Positions 46,255 to 47,550 of a stretch of DNA of 47,550 bases are shown piece by piece. Below the pieces are notes generated by a model. It made no database searches, was not told the DNA's origin, and was given only the letters and a program-made list of their open reading frames with translations. The stretch is from a virus (Duplodnaviria; Heunggongvirae; Uroviricota; Caudoviricetes). Where the stretch lies: the IMG/VR virus record IMGVR_UViG_2534681704_000008; one strand, 5' to 3'. Positions within the stretch are counted from its first letter, which is position 1, and each line of letters begins with the position of its first letter. Position numbers and translations under genes: made by a program.

Positions 46255-47550
46255 ATGGCTAAGTCAGCATACCCAACAGGCGTGGAGAATCATGGCGGTA
46301 CGCTCCGCATATGGTTCATCTATAAAGGCAGCCGGGTGCGTGAAAGCCTCGGCGTGCCGGATACACCAAAAAATAGAAAAGTAGCTGGCGAGTTACGCGC
46401 GTCGGTGTGCTTCGCGATAAAGACAGGCAACTTCAACTATGCCGCACAGTTCCCTGACTCGCCGAACCTGAGAAGATTTGGGGTGGAGAGCAAGGAAATC
46501 ACCGTGCTCGAACTGGCGAACAAGTGGCTTGAACTGAAGCGTATGGAGATCAGCACCAACGCGATGTCACGTTATACATCTATAACGCGCAATATGGTAC
46601 CGCGGATCGGCGGAGACAGGCTGGTATCTGCGGTGACGCAGGAAGACCTGCTGTTTATCAGAAAGGAACTGCTGACCGGGTATCAGACGCTGAAGGCTGG
46701 ACACAAAACACCAGTTAAAGGCCGCACAGTCAGAACGGTCAACAACTACATGAAGACCATGGCTGGCATGTTCAAGTTCGCTGCTGAAAGTGGTTATGTG
46801 AAGGTGAGCCCTTTCACCGGGATCGCCCTTCTCAAGCGTTCGCGTTGCGAGCCTGATCCGCTCACCCGCGATGAGTTTGTCAGGCTGATTAACGCTTGCG
46901 CCACCCAGCAGTTGAAAAACATGTGGTCGCTGGCAGTGTACACCGGCGTGCGCCACGGTGAACTGGTGTCGCTGGCCTGGGAAGATATCGACCTGAAAGC
47001 AGGAACGATGATGATCCGCCGAAACCACACGTTGACGAAGGAGTTTACCCTTCCGAAAACCGAGGCTGGGACAAACCGCATCATCAACCTTATTCAGCCA
47101 GCTATTGACGTGCTGAAGAACCAGGCCGAATTAACCCGCCTGGGTAAGCAGTATCAGGTAGAGGTGAAACTGCGTGAGTTTGGTCGCACAGAAGTGCATC
47201 CGTGCACATTCGTGTTTAACCCACAAAAAGGATTGCGCAATGGCCGTGCAGGGCATCATTACGCAGTGGGGTCGATCAACCAGTCGTGGGAGGCAGCAAT
47301 GCGACGCGCCGGGATTCGCTATCGCAGAGCATACCAGTCCCGACACACGTATGCATGCTGGTCGTTGGCCGCCGGTGCTAACCCGAACTTCATCGCGAAG
47401 CAAATGGGCCACACCGACGCACAAATGGTTTACCGGGTGTACGGATCCTGGATGGCTGAAAATAACCAGGACCAGGTACTCATCCTCAACCAGAAATTGA
47501 GTGAGTTTGCCCCATCCATGCCCCACGCAGTGGGAACGGATGATTATTAA
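46255..47550 (+). CDS. int: Tyrosine integrase (lambda Int family)
   Basis: 431 aa, AGGAGGG RBS; catalytic region RHTYACWSLAAGANPNFIAKQMGHTDAQMVYRVY; the 3' end contains the att core. Confidence 0.9.
   Translation: MAKSAYPTGVENHGGTLRIWFIYKGSRVRESLGVPDTPKNRKVAGELRASVCFAIKTGNFNYAAQFPDSPNLRRFGVESKEITVLELANKWLELKRMEISTNAMSRYTSITRNMVPRIGGDRLVSAVTQEDLLFIRKELLTGYQTLKAGHKTPVKGRTVRTVNNYMKTMAGMFKFAAESGYVKVSPFTGIALLKRSRCEPDPLTRDEFVRLINACATQQLKNMWSLAVYTGVRHGELVSLAWEDIDLKAGTMMIRRNHTLTKEFTLPKTEAGTNRIINLIQPAIDVLKNQAELTRLGKQYQVEVKLREFGRTEVHPCTFVFNPQKGLRNGRAGHHYAVGSINQSWEAAMRRAGIRYRRAYQSRHTYACWSLAAGANPNFIAKQMGHTDAQMVYRVYGSWMAENNQDQVLILNQKLSEFAPSMPHAVGTDDY
47488..47528. repeat. attR core: 41-bp direct repeat identical to 984-1024, inside the int 3' end
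   Basis: Exact identity with 984-1024. Confidence 0.7.

Noticed and set aside
1-47550. CRISPR arrays, insertion sequences or transposase genes
   Set aside because: No regularly spaced short direct repeats and no transposase-like ORFs or terminal inverted repeats were seen; the only mobile element evident is the prophage itself.

Overview
The window is almost entirely one ~46.5 kb lambdoid (lambda-like siphovirus) prophage of an enterobacterial host, inserted next to the complete host gene yedK (1-669). It is bounded by 41-bp identical direct repeats (984-1024 and 47488-47528) that lie in the 3' end of the prophage integrase gene and in a relic integrase 3' fragment beside yedK. Order, left to right: att/int relic; LexA-box-controlled UmuD'-like gene (minus); gtrABC O-antigen glucosylation cassette (plus); then on the minus strand tailspike, J-like tip protein, NlpC/P60 and minor tail proteins, tape measure, major tail protein, head-tail connectors, major capsid, decoration, scaffold/protease, head morphogenesis, portal, terminase large and small; cargo genes; Rz/Rz1, SAR endolysin, pinholin; late leader; Q; rusA, ninB and nin-region genes; an AT-rich HEPN-like two-gene cassette; replication P and O (with ori iterons); YdaT-like; Cro-like; then on the plus strand cI, an early-left operon of small ORFs, recT, exonuclease, a DGQHR protein, two DNA methyltransferases, TraR-like, DUF550, xis and int. 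All calls come from reading the translations and the DNA by eye; no database search was run. Most notable items: a pre-truncated UmuD'-like gene without umuC, a DGQHR-plus-two-methyltransferase module, two HEPN-superfamily candidate defence morons, a C5-methyltransferase with a conflicting reading-frame structure, and several homopolymer-associated frameshifts.
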